Shown here: piece after piece, positions 19,160 through 29,232 of the stretch | How the letters are laid out: every line of letters starts with the position of its first letter | Numbering within the stretch: position 1 is the first letter of the stretch | Source: Trinickia sp. | GTDB lineage: Bacteria > Pseudomonadota > Gammaproteobacteria > Burkholderiales > Burkholderiaceae | Length of the DNA stretch: 64,000 nucleotides | Direction: 5' to 3' | Assembly (NCBI RefSeq): GCF_035492435.1 | Contig: NZ_DATJJF010000094.1 | Span: forward strand, 18,576 to 82,575 | The notes under the pieces: model-generated | What the model was told of the DNA's origin: nothing | The model's database searches: none | Seen by the model: the letters and a program-made list of their open reading frames with translations, nothing else | Program-made: the position numbers and the translations under genes

Positions 19160-19654
19160 TCACGCTTCCTGCGCTTGTGGATTGCCGACCGTCTGAGCAA
19201 ATTTCGACAACTTCAGATCGGTCGCCTTTTCCTCTTCCAAAGTCTCGCTTAGCAATCTCACGGCCTCATCGCGGCCAAGTAGCTTGCCGATCGCGCAGAG
19301 CGTCCCGTACGCGGCGATTTCGTAGTGCTCCACTTTCTGAGCCGCGCCGACGAGGCCTGCGTCGAGCACCGGCCCCTTTCCCATCTCATCGATCATCTCC
19401 TGCCCTTCCTCGATGAGTCCTTCCATCGCTGCACACTTCATCCTCTTCAAACGGAGTCCGCAAACTTCGACGACCTTGTCGATCCGTTCTATCTGGCCCT
19501 CCGTTTCATGCAAGTGTGTCTCGAATGCCTTCGACAATTCTTCGTTGCTGGCCGCTCGCGATAGTCTGGCGAGTGCGCGCGTCAACTGCTTTTCAGCGCT
19601 GTAAATGTCCGAAAGATCGTGCAGGAATAAGTCTCCCAGCGACTTGCGTGCCAT
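19160..19654 (-). CDS. Ferritin-like DUF892 protein (YciE/YciF family)
   Basis: Track ORF trimmed to the ATG at 19654. MARKSLGDLFLHDLSDIYSAEKQL...HLHETEGQIERI...AAQKVEHYEIAAYGTL is typical of YciE/YciF stress proteins. Confidence 0.8.
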   Translation of the reverse strand: MARKSLGDLFLHDLSDIYSAEKQLTRALARLSRAASNEELSKAFETHLHETEGQIERIDKVVEVCGLRLKRMKCAAMEGLIEEGQEMIDEMGKGPVLDAGLVGAAQKVEHYEIAAYGTLCAIGKLLGRDEAVRLLSETLEEEKATDLKLSKFAQTVGNPQAQEA

Positions 19655-19822
19655 GGTGATCTCCTTCTCTGTCAATTCGATGAGGTTTCTCGTCGAGCGC
19701 GAGGCTCGCATTGAAATCCGCAACGTGCGTGCCTCGAAACGCCGTCAACGAGGCCGGCTCTCGACTAAAGGAGGGCTAGCAAGAGGCGTCAAGCTTGACG
19801 CCGGGCAGGTAAGAGCCACGAT

Positions 19823-20407
19823 CTACCAGAGCGCGGAAATTGCCGCGATACCTTGAGCGCCCATCGCTCGAGCTGCTTCAGAATGCGATGGCGACATCCC
19901 CCCAAGCGCATAGACGGGCACCTGTGCGTGTGCCAAGAGCTCGCCGAAGCGTTGCCATCCCAGCGTCGGGGCACCAGGATGACTCGCCGTCGGCAGTACA
20001 GGCGAGAGCGTGACGAAATCGGCCCCGACCCGTGCTGCCTGCGCCAACTGATCCTCGCTATGGCAAGCCGCTGAAAGCAGCTTGGACTCCGGCACCATTC
20101 TTCTCGAGCACTGCATGAGCCGCTCGCTGCTCAAGTGCAGACCGTCTGCGTACACGTCCGGCGCGTCGGAGGTAGGTCCGTTGAGAATCAGCCGGGCGCC
20201 GCGCGCGTGACACTGATTGAGCACTCGCGCTGCAAGCAAGTCGAATCGGCCCGCATCAAGCTGCTTCGCGCGCAGTTGCACTAACGCAATGCCGCGCACC
20301 AATGCGTGATCGAGCCGCATGACGAAGGTGTCGAACCCGCCATCGACATCCGCGACGGGTTCGGGCGTGATCAACAGGAGTTCGGGAAGGTGTTTATCGG
20401 TGCGCAT
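19823..20407 (-). CDS. Thiamine-phosphate synthase family protein (ThiE/TenI-like)
   Basis: 194 aa. Contains VQLRAKQLD, LILNG, ADGLHLSS and ADFVTLSPVLPTASHPGAPTLGW...VYALGGM, which follow the ThiE TIM-barrel pattern. The true substrate is unknown. Confidence 0.65.
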   Translation of the reverse strand: MRTDKHLPELLLITPEPVADVDGGFDTFVMRLDHALVRGIALVQLRAKQLDAGRFDLLAARVLNQCHARGARLILNGPTSDAPDVYADGLHLSSERLMQCSRRMVPESKLLSAACHSEDQLAQAARVGADFVTLSPVLPTASHPGAPTLGWQRFGELLAHAQVPVYALGGMSPSHSEAARAMGAQGIAAISALW

Positions 20408-20489
20408 TCGCCGAGACTACCGAAACTACCGAAGGACAACAACGAGCGCGCGTTTCGACTTGCCGCTCCATCTCATGACAGCGTCGATC

Positions 20490-21176
20490 TCAATGGCTGT
20501 CGGGCTTGCGCACCATCGGCGCAGGCCCCTTTTTCCGCCACAGTTTCCAGATCGCCGCCAAAGTAACGGGCACGATGGCAGCCCCAATACCCACGAGCAC
20601 GATCAGGTTCAAGTACTGCCGCACGAACGGAATGTTGCCGAAGAAGTAGCCGGCCAGCACGAGCAACAGCACCCACAGCGCCGCGCCCACTATGTTGAAG
20701 AACTGAAAACGGCTCAAGCTCATTCCCGAGACACCTGCCACGAACGGTGCAAACGTACGCACGACCGGAATAAACCGGGCGAGGACGAGAGTCTTGCCGC
20801 CGTGCCGCTCATAGAAGTCGTGCGTCTTTTGCAATGCGGCGCGATCAAGAAAGCGCTCGAGGAGAGGAACATGCGTATTGAAAACCTTCGGCCCGATTGC
20901 TCGCCCGATCACGTAATTGAGACTGTTGCCGCCAATCGCCGCGGCCAGCAGCAGGACGATGAGCCCCGGCAAATTCATTTGCCCCGCCGCACAAAAAGCG
21001 CCACCGATGAAGAGCAGCGAGTCACCCGGCAGGAACGGCAGGATGACGAGTCCCGTCTCGCAAAAGACGATCAGAAAAAGAACCGCATACACCCATTCGC
21101 CGTATTGTTTGACGAAGTCACCGAGAAATGTGTCGATGTGAAGAACCAGTCCGGCGAAATGAAGTAGCGTGTCCAA
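20490..21176 (-). CDS. DedA-family inner membrane protein
   Basis: The DedA core is CETGLVILPFLPGDSLLFIGGAF...LVLARFIPVVRTFAPFVAG. I chose the TTG at 21176 ((M)DTLLHFAGLVLHIDTFLG) because the extra 40 aa of the ATG-21296 version are not DedA-like. The start is uncertain. Confidence 0.75.
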   Translation of the reverse strand: MDTLLHFAGLVLHIDTFLGDFVKQYGEWVYAVLFLIVFCETGLVILPFLPGDSLLFIGGAFCAAGQMNLPGLIVLLLAAAIGGNSLNYVIGRAIGPKVFNTHVPLLERFLDRAALQKTHDFYERHGGKTLVLARFIPVVRTFAPFVAGVSGMSLSRFQFFNIVGAALWVLLLVLAGYFFGNIPFVRQYLNLIVLVGIGAAIVPVTLAAIWKLWRKKGPAPMVRKPDSH

Positions 21177-21316
21177 GGCGTACCTTTTTAGTAGAGTGCC
21201 CTTCCATCGAAGCGGCGGGACGATCGAATAGTCGCGCCATGATACCGAAAGTGTTCGACCCAATTCGCGAAATGACGGCTTGGATTGGCGCTGCATCCAC
21301 TCGCTATAATCGCGCC

Positions 21317-23527
21317 ATGTCTGAGTTTCCCGAATCGTCGGCTAACGCCGCAGACGCCCAACAGGGAGTCTCCCAACCGGAAGGAAGTTCGCCTGAGCCA
21401 ATGGGGGCTGCTGAGCTGCGCTCGCCCTCCGCCATGGCCCCGCGAGCCCGTTCGGCCCCGCGTGCCATCCAGCCGCTGCCCGACCAGCTGATCAGTCAAA
21501 TCGCTGCCGGCGAAGTTGTCGAACGTCCGGCCTCGGTTGTGAAGGAGCTGCTGGAAAACGCAATTGACGCCGGCGCGACAACACTGCGCATCTTGCTCGA
21601 TGCCGGTGGCGTCAAGCGCATCTCCATTACCGACGACGGGTGCGGCATCCCGGCCGCCGAGCTGCCGCTCGCGTTGCTGCGCCATGCGACGAGCAAAATC
21701 CGCTCGCTTGCTGAGCTCGAGTCCGTCGCCACGCTTGGGTTTCGCGGGGAGGCAATCGCATCGATCGCTTCAGTCGCCGAGATGCACATCACAAGCCGCA
21801 CGGCCGATGCCGCGCACGCCACGCGCATCGATGCGCAGACCGGCGCGCTGACGCCCGCGGCCGGCGGCGTCGGCACGACGATCGAAGTTCGCGAGCTTTA
21901 CTTCAGCACGCCCGCTCGCCGCAAGTTCCTGAAGAGCGAGCAGACCGAGCTTGGCCACTGCATCGAAATGATTCGTCGCGTCGCGCTCGCGCGCCCCGAC
22001 GTGGCGATCTCGGTCCTCCACAACGGACGCGCGCTCGAGCATTGGAACGCGAGCGAGCCGGTTCAACGCGTGACGAAAATTCTCGGCGAAGCTTTCGCGC
22101 AGGGGCATTTGCCGCTCGACGAAGCGGCTGGGCCGCTCGCGGTCTACGGCTGCGCCGGCCTGCCGACGGCAAGCCGCGGCCGCGCCGACCAGCAATACTT
22201 TTTCGTCAACGGCCGCTTTGTGCGCGACAAGCTGCTCACGCACGCCGTACGGGCTGCCTATGAAGACGTGCTGCACGGCGACCGCTATCCGTCCTACGTG
22301 CTCTTCCTCGACTTGCCGCCCGAGGCAGTCGACGTGAACGTGCACCCGTCCAAAATCGAAGTCCGCTTCCGCGACTCGCGTGCAGTGCACCAGTTCGTGT
22401 TCCATGCGCTGCAACGCGCACTCGCCCGTCATGCGGGCGCGTCGCCGGCAACGACGGCAGGCGCTCACGCGGCGCATCTCGAGGCCCCCCTCACGCCGGG
22501 GGCCGCTGCGGCAACCGGTGTGACGTCGCTGGGCGCCACCGAGCGGGGCGCGCCAGGCCAGCCGATTGCGCCTCGCTCAGGGACGACATGGATGCGCGAC
22601 GCGCGGATGACGCAGGGGCGTCTGCCCATCGCGGAACCTCTCGCACTTTACGACGCCCTCTTCGGCCGCAAGGACGTGAACGGAGGCCAGGAATCGCTTC
22701 GCGCCGAGGGGCAAAGCCTGGGCGCAGCGCCGTCCCTCGATGGCACGTATAGCGCGACCGATTCGGAGAGCGTGGGGCGTTCTTCGAATGCGACGATGTA
22801 CTTCGCTCGAGACGCCGCGGATGCGATGACGGGCGACGTCGCTCGCACCAACAGCGATACCGGGCTGCAAACCCGCGACGGCCTGCTGCCGAGATCGGCA
22901 GAAACGACGTCGGCCGCCCTGCACGCGAACGGCCCGGATGATGAGCACCCGCTCGGCTTCGCAGTCGGCCAGATTCACGGCATCTACGTGCTCGCGCAAA
23001 ATGCGCGCGGTCTGGTCGTCGTCGACATGCACGCAGCCCATGAGCGCATCCTCTACGAACAGTTCAAGCGAGCGCTTGCGCAGCGATCCGTGGCCGTTCA
23101 GCCGCTGCTGCTGCCGATATCGATGCCGGCCAATGCCGTGGAGATCGGCACGGCCGAGGAGGAGCGGGACACCCTCGCCGCGCTGGGGTTCGATCTTGCC
23201 GTGCTCTCGCCGACTTCACTCGCCATTCGCGCCGTGCCGGCGCTGCTCAAAGACGCGGACCTGCTGGCGCTCGCGCGAGCCGTGCTCGCCGATCTCCACG
23301 CATACGGCGGCTCGCGCATCCTGACCGAGCGTCAGCACGAGCTGCTCGGCACGCTGGCCTGCCATCACGCGGTTCGGGCGAACCGGCGTCTGACGATCGA
23401 TGAAATGAATGCCCTGCTGCGTCAGATGGAGGCAACCGAGCGTGCGGACCAATGCAATCACGGGCGGCCGACGTGGTATCAACTGAGCATCGCCGATCTC
23501 GATCGGCTGTTCATGCGTGGGCAGTGA
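21317..23527 (+). CDS. mutL: DNA mismatch repair endonuclease MutL
   Basis: Track ORF trimmed to the ATG at 21317. Contains [38 protein letters not shown] (GHKL ATPase), a long low-complexity linker, and a C-terminal dimerization/endonuclease domain ([20 protein letters not shown]). In-frame alternative starts lie 28 and 39 codons downstream. Confidence 0.9.
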   Translation: MSEFPESSANAADAQQGVSQPEGSSPEPMGAAELRSPSAMAPRARSAPRAIQPLPDQLISQIAAGEVVERPASVVKELLENAIDAGATTLRILLDAGGVKRISITDDGCGIPAAELPLALLRHATSKIRSLAELESVATLGFRGEAIASIASVAEMHITSRTADAAHATRIDAQTGALTPAAGGVGTTIEVRELYFSTPARRKFLKSEQTELGHCIEMIRRVALARPDVAISVLHNGRALEHWNASEPVQRVTKILGEAFAQGHLPLDEAAGPLAVYGCAGLPTASRGRADQQYFFVNGRFVRDKLLTHAVRAAYEDVLHGDRYPSYVLFLDLPPEAVDVNVHPSKIEVRFRDSRAVHQFVFHALQRALARHAGASPATTAGAHAAHLEAPLTPGAAAATGVTSLGATERGAPGQPIAPRSGTTWMRDARMTQGRLPIAEPLALYDALFGRKDVNGGQESLRAEGQSLGAAPSLDGTYSATDSESVGRSSNATMYFARDAADAMTGDVARTNSDTGLQTRDGLLPRSAETTSAALHANGPDDEHPLGFAVGQIHGIYVLAQNARGLVVVDMHAAHERILYEQFKRALAQRSVAVQPLLLPISMPANAVEIGTAEEERDTLAALGFDLAVLSPTSLAIRAVPALLKDADLLALARAVLADLHAYGGSRILTERQHELLGTLACHHAVRANRRLTIDEMNALLRQMEATERADQCNHGRPTWYQLSIADLDRLFMRGQ

Positions 23528-23537
23528 GCGTAACAGC

Positions 23538-24503
23538 ATGACCCGCACCGCCATCGCCTGCCTGCTCGGCCCCACCGCTTCGGGCAAGACCGCTGCCGCG
23601 CTCGCGTTCGCCGCGCGGCACCCCGTGGAGATCGTGAGCGTCGACTCCGCACTCGTCTATCGCGGCATGGACATCGGCACGGCCAAGCCCACGCACAGCG
23701 AACGCGCGGCCGTGCCGCATCATTTGATCGACATCGTCGAGCCGACGCAAAACTATTCCGCCGCGGAGTTCCGCGCCGACGCGCTGCGGCTCGTCGGCGA
23801 GATTCTCGGGCGCGGGCGGGTGCCACTTTTTGTCGGCGGCACGATGCTCTACTACAAGGCACTTACGCAAGGCCTGCACGATCTGCCTTCGGCCGATGCC
23901 ACCGTACGCGCGCAACTCGAAGCCGACGCGGCCCGCGAAGGATGGCCGGCGCTGCACGCTCGCCTCGCCCAAGTGGACCCAGCCACTGCCGCCCGGCTTG
24001 CGCCGAACGACGCACAGCGGATTCAGCGTGCGCTCGAAATTTTCATGCTGACCGGCCGGCCGATGTCGGCGCTGCTTGCCGATACCCGCGAGGTGCAGGA
24101 TGCGGCTCACGACGCGGCCATGCCGTACCGCTTCCATCCCATCGCGCTCGAACCCTCTGATCGTGCCGTGCTGCACGAGCGCATTGCACAGCGCTTCGAC
24201 GCCATGCTGGCGGCGGGCTTCATCGACGAGGTGACGCGTCTGCGCGCGCGTGGCGATCTCCATCCCGGCTTGCCGTCGATGCGCTGCGTCGGCTACCGGC
24301 AGGCCTGGAACTACCTCGATGGAGAGATCGACTACCCGACGATGCGCGACACGGGCATCTTCGCAACACGCCAGCTCTGCAAAAGGCAGCTGACGTGGCT
24401 GCGATCGATGCCGGAGCGCGTCGTGATCGACTGCTGCTCGGAAAACGCTACGCAGCAAGCGGTGCAGGCCATCGAGGATGCGATGGCGACCCATACCGAT
24501 TGA
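23538..24503 (+). CDS. miaA: tRNA dimethylallyltransferase MiaA
   Basis: Trimmed to the ATG at 23538. Contains [14 protein letters not shown] (P-loop), [19 protein letters not shown] and VPHHLID. Confidence 0.92.
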   Translation: MTRTAIACLLGPTASGKTAAALAFAARHPVEIVSVDSALVYRGMDIGTAKPTHSERAAVPHHLIDIVEPTQNYSAAEFRADALRLVGEILGRGRVPLFVGGTMLYYKALTQGLHDLPSADATVRAQLEADAAREGWPALHARLAQVDPATAARLAPNDAQRIQRALEIFMLTGRPMSALLADTREVQDAAHDAAMPYRFHPIALEPSDRAVLHERIAQRFDAMLAAGFIDEVTRLRARGDLHPGLPSMRCVGYRQAWNYLDGEIDYPTMRDTGIFATRQLCKRQLTWLRSMPERVVIDCCSENATQQAVQAIEDAMATHTD

Positions 24504-24701
24504 CGGAGCTTGTCGTACAGCAGGCCCCGGCGCGCAACTTCGACGAAATCGTTTCGAGCGGGTTACTCGCCTTGGTCACCGCCTTGTATCCATTGCATAG
24601 GATGGATAGCCCGGAGACTGTGGCCCGATAACACGCAAAAACGCGCTCGTTGAGCATCTCGGTTTTATTTGAGCAGCCCTACGCCAAGGAAAAGCGCCTC
24701 A

Positions 24702-24771
24702 CCCCTACCCGTACAAGTAATCGTACAGGTAGGGGCGCATGTGATACACTTGTACTTGTTTTAGTACAAGT
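24702..24771 (+). promoter_or_regulatory. Candidate yefM-yoeB operator: two palindromes built on GTAC cores
   Basis: Site 1 is CCCCTACC-cGTACaagtaatcGTACa-GGTAGGGG (24702..24735). Site 2 is ACTTGTAC-ttgtttta-GTACAAGT (24748..24771). Both lie 20-90 nt upstream of the yefM ATG. The E. coli yefM-yoeB operator is also a pair of palindromes with TGTACA cores. Confidence 0.6.
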
Positions 24772-24790
24772 TTCCTTTCGAGGAGGGCAT

Positions 24791-25051
24791 ATGCGCACAA
24801 TCCCGTTTAGCGACGCACGAGCCAATCTTAAGCGCGTTATCGATCAGGTCGTCGATGACGTGGACGTTACGCTCATCACCCGGCGCGACGCACCCAATGC
24901 GATTGTCATGTCCCAAGAGCATTACGACAGCTTGATGGAAACGGTACATCTGCTGCGCTCTCCGGCTAACGTTGCCCATCTAGAGCGATCGATCGCGCAG
25001 TTGCGTGCAGGCAAGGTCAAGCCCCGCAAGCTGGTCGAAGACGGCGAATGA
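24791..25051 (+). CDS. yefM: Type II antitoxin, Phd/YefM family
   Basis: Trimmed to the ATG at 24791 after AGGAGGG. MRTIPFSDARANLKRVIDQVVDDVDVTLITRRDAPNAIVMSQEHYDSLMETVHLLRSPANVAHLERSI is a classic YefM sequence. Confidence 0.9.
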   Translation: MRTIPFSDARANLKRVIDQVVDDVDVTLITRRDAPNAIVMSQEHYDSLMETVHLLRSPANVAHLERSIAQLRAGKVKPRKLVEDGE

Positions 25052-25311
25052 GCGCCCTGAACATCATGTGGACCGCTGAGGCGTGGGACGATTATGTCTA
25101 CTGGCAGGGGCAGGACAAGAAGACGCTCAGACGCATCAACCAACTCGTTAAAGACGTTCAGCGCGCGCCATTCGAGGGCATCGGTAAACCCGAGCCCCTA
25201 AAGGCGAACCTGACAGGTCTGTGGTCGCGCCGCATTGATGATACGAATCGACTGGTCTATGAGATCACCGGTACGCAGATAAATATCGTCTCGTGCCGTT
25301 ACCACTACTGA
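25048..25311 (+). CDS. yoeB: Type II toxin, YoeB/Txe mRNA interferase
   Basis: 87 aa. Contains WTAEAWDDYVYWQGQDKKTLRRINQLVKDVQRAPFEGIGKPEPLK...WSRRIDDTNRLVY...CRYHY. ATGA overlap with yefM. Confidence 0.9.
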   Translation: MSALNIMWTAEAWDDYVYWQGQDKKTLRRINQLVKDVQRAPFEGIGKPEPLKANLTGLWSRRIDDTNRLVYEITGTQINIVSCRYHY

Positions 25312-25342
25312 GCACCGATGACGCCACGGAAAACGGTGAAAA

Positions 25343-25370
25343 GCCCATGTTCTGATATCAGAACATGGGC
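25343..25370. repeat. 28-bp perfect palindrome just after yoeB (possible terminator stem or protein site)
   Basis: GCCCATGTTCTGAT|ATCAGAACATGGGC read directly. No flanking T-run. Confidence 0.8.
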
Positions 25371-25455
25371 ACAGGGCGTTAGGCGACAGTGACAGCGCTT
25401 ACTTCTTCCTCCTCAAGATCAAGGCTGCCTTTATCCCCGGTAATCCGTGAAGCAC

Positions 25456-25496
25456 AAAAAAACCGCTTGAGCCCAAACCCAAGCGGTTTCTTTTTT
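25456..25496. terminator. Bidirectional intrinsic terminator between the TA cassette and purM
   Basis: AAAAAAA-AAACCGCTTG-(10-nt loop)-CAAGCGGTTT-CTTTTTT. An A-run lies before the stem and a T-run after it, so it can serve both convergent transcripts. Confidence 0.75.
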
Positions 25497-25530
25497 AGCT
25501 AAGGCGCCGATAAAAGCGCCCGCCCTTTAC

Positions 25531-26607
25531 TCAAACCACGATCGTCTGCGCCTCGCCTTCGCGCCGCTCGCGCACCTGACCGATCTTCCAGACTTGCTCG
25601 CCGGCTGCCTCGAGCTCCTGGACCGCGACGTCAGCATCGGCTGCGGCCACAATCACCGCCATGCCGATGCCGCAGTTGAACACGCGGTGCATCTCCGCGT
25701 CGGCTACGCCACCGTGCTGCTGCAACCAGGTGAAAAGCGGCGGCATCGGCCACGCGGCGTGGTCGAGTTCGGCCGTGAGGCCGTCACGCAGCACGCGCGG
25801 AATGTTTTCGACGAGCCCGCCGCCCGTGATATGCGCCATGCCCTTGACCGAGATTTTCTGCATGAGCGCGAGCAGCGGCTTCACATAGATCCGCGTCGGT
25901 GCCATCAAGGCATCGGCCAGCGTCCGGCCATGGAAGTCGGCCGTGAGGTCGGGATTCGCGCGCTCGATGATCTTGCGTACGAGCGAGAAGCCGTTCGAGT
26001 GAATGCCGCTCGATGCCAGCCCGAGCACGACGTCGCCAGCCGCGATCGTGCTGCCGTCGATGATCTTGCTCTTTTCGACAGCGCCAACCGCGAAGCCCGC
26101 CAGATCGTACTCGCCGTCGGGATACATGCCCGGCATCTCGGCCGTCTCGCCGCCGATGAGCGCGCACCCGGCAAACTCGCAGCCCTGGGCGATGCCCTTA
26201 ACGACGGTGGCGGCCGTGCCGACGTCGAGCTTGCCGCAAGCAAAATAGTCGAGGAAGAACAGTGGCTCGGCACCCTGTACGAGGATGTCGTTGACGCTCA
26301 TCGCCACGAGATCCTGGCCTACCGTGTCGTGCTTGTTCAGATGAAACGCGAGCTTGAGCTTCGTGCCGACGCCGTCGGTGCCGGATACGAGCACGGGCTC
26401 TCGGTATTTCTTCGGCACTTCGAAAAGCGCGCCGAATCCGCCGATGCCGCCAAGCACGCCGTCGCGCAGCGTCTTTTTAGCGAAGGGCTTAATTGCGTCG
26501 ACGAGCGCGTCGCCCGCGTCAATATCGACGCCCGCGTCGCGATACGACAGGCCTTGAGCCGAGTGTTCTGGATGCTGGCCATCCGCAGCGGATTTCGGGT
26601 CGTTCAT
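25531..26607 (-). CDS. purM: Phosphoribosylformylglycinamidine cyclo-ligase (AIR synthetase)
   Basis: 358 aa. Contains [41 protein letters not shown] and HITGGGL. Confidence 0.95.
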   Translation of the reverse strand: MNDPKSAADGQHPEHSAQGLSYRDAGVDIDAGDALVDAIKPFAKKTLRDGVLGGIGGFGALFEVPKKYREPVLVSGTDGVGTKLKLAFHLNKHDTVGQDLVAMSVNDILVQGAEPLFFLDYFACGKLDVGTAATVVKGIAQGCEFAGCALIGGETAEMPGMYPDGEYDLAGFAVGAVEKSKIIDGSTIAAGDVVLGLASSGIHSNGFSLVRKIIERANPDLTADFHGRTLADALMAPTRIYVKPLLALMQKISVKGMAHITGGGLVENIPRVLRDGLTAELDHAAWPMPPLFTWLQQHGGVADAEMHRVFNCGIGMAVIVAAADADVAVQELEAAGEQVWKIGQVRERREGEAQTIVV

Positions 26608-26699
26608 GGGGGAGTGCGTGAAGGTCGGTAAAATGCGATTTTACCCGATGCCGGCCGCAGGCTCGAAATCGGTTCTCCGATCAACCAGGGGAAGCGCCT

Positions 26700-27773
26700 T
26701 TGTCGCAACCGTCTCCGCTCCTCACGCCCTACCAGCGCCAGGCTCTCTTCTGGAGCATGGTTGCGCTCGGGCTCGGCATTTTGCTTTGGCTCTTGCGGGA
26801 TGTACTCACGCCGTTTCTACTCGGCGCGATCATCGCCTACATCCTGCAGCCCGGGGTCGCTTGGTTCGTGCAGCGTCGCGTGCCACGCGGTTTGGCCGCA
26901 CTCGTCATGATGCTCGTCTTCATCATCGTCGTCTCGTTGCTGGCATTGCTCCTCATCGTCGTCGTGCAGCGGGAGGCCCCGCTACTGCAACAACAGGTTC
27001 CCGAGCTGATCTCGCGCCTGCACAACTGGGCACACCCGAAACTGGCCTATTTGGGCTTGAGCGACTTCGATTTCTCGAGCGTGCGCGACATGCTGACGAG
27101 CCAAGCCCAAAGCAGCGCGCAGGAGGTGGTCGTGGCGGCCTGGAAATCGCTGCAAACGAGCAGCAACGTCGTGATTACGCTGGTCGGCACTCTCATCATG
27201 GTGCCGCTCGTCGTCTTTTATCTGCTTTACGACTGGAACGCGATGCTCGCGCGCGTCGTGTCCTTCGTGCCGCGACGGTGGCTCCCGAAGACAACCAAGC
27301 TCGCCAGCGAAATGGATTACTCGCTTTCGCAGTATTTGCGCGGGCAGTTGCTCGTGATGTGCTTGCTCGCAGGCTACTACGGCATCTCGCTCACCATCGC
27401 CGGCTTCGAGATCGCACTGCCCGTCGGCATCTTCACGGGCCTCGCCGTTTTCGTGCCCTATATCGGCTTCGCCACAGGCCTCATCCTGGCCTTGCTTGCA
27501 GCGCTGCTGCAGTTCGGCAGTTTCTACGGCTTCATTGCGGTTACCATCATCTACGGTGCCGGTCAGATTCTCGAAAGCTTCATCCTCACGCCGCGGCTTG
27601 TCGGCGAACGGATCGGCCTTCATCCCCTCACCGTGATCTTCGCGCTGCTCGCCTTCGGACAGCTCTTTGGCTTCTTCGGCGTGCTGCTCGCGCTGCCCGT
27701 CAGCGCGATACTTTCGACCGCCTTGCGGGAAGTGCGCCGTAGCTATCTCGCCAGCGGGCTTTATAAGAATTGA
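26700..27773 (+). CDS. AI-2E family transporter (PerM/YdiK-like permease)
   Basis: 357 aa with a TTG start after AGGGGA. Polytopic membrane protein with typical AI-2E blocks (LTPFLLGAIIAYIL, PYIGFATGLILA, LTPRLVGERIGLHPL). Confidence 0.8.
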   Translation: MSQPSPLLTPYQRQALFWSMVALGLGILLWLLRDVLTPFLLGAIIAYILQPGVAWFVQRRVPRGLAALVMMLVFIIVVSLLALLLIVVVQREAPLLQQQVPELISRLHNWAHPKLAYLGLSDFDFSSVRDMLTSQAQSSAQEVVVAAWKSLQTSSNVVITLVGTLIMVPLVVFYLLYDWNAMLARVVSFVPRRWLPKTTKLASEMDYSLSQYLRGQLLVMCLLAGYYGISLTIAGFEIALPVGIFTGLAVFVPYIGFATGLILALLAALLQFGSFYGFIAVTIIYGAGQILESFILTPRLVGERIGLHPLTVIFALLAFGQLFGFFGVLLALPVSAILSTALREVRRSYLASGLYKN

Positions 27774-28534
27774 CAACCCTACACCCACCCGTGTCCGTGC
27801 AACGCCAATTGACGCTCGATCTCGGCACGCCGCCGCCTTCGACGTTCGACAATTTTTTCGTCGGTGACAACTCGGAGCTCGTCGCGCGGCTCGTCGCGCT
27901 TGAAAGCGCCCTCGCCGCAGGCCCGCTCGCTGACCGCACCTTCTATGTCTGGGGTGAGCCCGGCAGCGGCCGCAGCCACCTGCTCGCGGCGCTCGCGCAT
28001 AGCGCGGGGCCTGGCCGGGCGCGCTATCTGAACCCGCAAAGCGGGCTTGCCGCCTTCGCGTTCGACGCCGAAGTGCCGATCTACGCAGTCGACAACTGCG
28101 ACAAGCTATCGAGCGCCCAGCAGCTTGCGCTGTTCAACCTTTTCAACGAAGTGCGCGCGCACCCGTGCGCGGCGCTTGTCGCGACGGGCAATGCCGCACC
28201 GATCGCGCTCGCCGTGCGCGAGGACTTGCGCACGCGCCTCGGCTGGGGGCTTGTCTTCCATCTCGCCCCCTTACCCGACGAGCGCAAGGCCGCCGTCCTC
28301 AAGCACGCGGCGAAGGAGCGCGGCATCGCGCTCGCCGAGGATGTGCCCGCCTACCTGCTCACGCACTTCCGACGCGACATGCCGAGCCTCATGGCGCTGC
28401 TCGACGCGTTGGACCGTTTTTCCCTCGAGCAAAAGCGCGCAATCACGCTTCCGCTTTTGCGCACGATGCTCGCCCTGCCGGCGGGCGACACGCCTTCGGA
28501 CGGCCCGCCGGCTGCCGTCGGCCGCTTCAAGTAA
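27770..28534 (+). CDS. hda: DnaA regulatory inactivator Hda
   Basis: Contains QLTLDLGTPPPSTFDNFFVG, WGEPGSGRSHLL (degenerate P-loop) and FHLAPLPDERK. The TTG start at 27770 is from the track; GTG at 27791 or 27797 is an equally plausible start. Confidence 0.8.
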   Translation: MTTLHPPVSVQRQLTLDLGTPPPSTFDNFFVGDNSELVARLVALESALAAGPLADRTFYVWGEPGSGRSHLLAALAHSAGPGRARYLNPQSGLAAFAFDAEVPIYAVDNCDKLSSAQQLALFNLFNEVRAHPCAALVATGNAAPIALAVREDLRTRLGWGLVFHLAPLPDERKAAVLKHAAKERGIALAEDVPAYLLTHFRRDMPSLMALLDALDRFSLEQKRAITLPLLRTMLALPAGDTPSDGPPAAVGRFK

Positions 28535-28545
28535 AATGCGCCCTC

Positions 28546-29232
28546 ATGACGAATCTCGCTCTCTTCGATCTCGATCACACGCTCATCCCCACTGACAGCG
28601 ACCACGAATGGGGTCGCTTCATGGTCAAGCTCGGCATTGTCGACGGTGACACCTTCCTGCGCGATGTCGAACGTTTCTATGCCGACTACAAGGCCGGCCA
28701 GCTCGACATCCATGCGTATCTCGAAACGGTGCTGGCTCCGCTCGCGAAATACTCGCGCACGGAGCTTGCGGCTTGGCATGACCAGTTCATGCACGAGGTG
28801 ATCCGGCCGACCCTCGCACCGGCCGCGCTCGAGCTCGTGCGCAGCCATCAGGAAAAGGGCGACCTTTGCTGCATCGTCACGGCAACGAACGAGTTCGTCA
28901 CACGGCCGATTGCCAAGGCTTTTGAAGTCGAGATGCTGATCGCCTGCGAAGTCGAAACGATCGACGGAGCGCCGCACTCGCCTTTCACGGGTCGGGGCAC
29001 GGGCATCCCGAGCTACCGCGAAGGTAAGATCGTGCGGGTGGAGGCTTGGCTCGCCTCACTCGGCAAGTCCCTCGACGACTTCCCGAAGACCTTGTTTTAT
29101 AGCGATTCGCACAACGACATTCCGCTGCTCGAGAAAGTCACCGATCCGATCGCGACCAACCCCGATGCCACGCTGCGTGCCCACGCCAAGGCGAAAGGCT
29201 GGCGCATCCTCGATCTTTTTGAACCGTCGTGA
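28546..29232 (+). CDS. HAD-IB family hydrolase (SerB-like phosphatase fold)
   Basis: Track ORF 28165..29232 trimmed to the ATG at 28546. MTNLALFDLDHTLIPTDSD (DxDxT motif), IVTATNEF and FYSDSHNDIPLLE (motif IV). Confidence 0.8.
   Translation: MTNLALFDLDHTLIPTDSDHEWGRFMVKLGIVDGDTFLRDVERFYADYKAGQLDIHAYLETVLAPLAKYSRTELAAWHDQFMHEVIRPTLAPAALELVRSHQEKGDLCCIVTATNEFVTRPIAKAFEVEMLIACEVETIDGAPHSPFTGRGTGIPSYREGKIVRVEAWLASLGKSLDDFPKTLFYSDSHNDIPLLEKVTDPIATNPDATLRAHAKAKGWRILDLFEPS

Noticed and set aside
20416-20433. Two tandem 9-bp units (ACTACCGAA ACTACCGAA) between the ThiE-like and DedA genes. They share a CCGAA core with the decamer repeats at 16791..16820.
   Set aside because: There are only two copies, and the similarity to the other repeat is limited to 5 nt, so it is probably chance. 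Noted for completeness.
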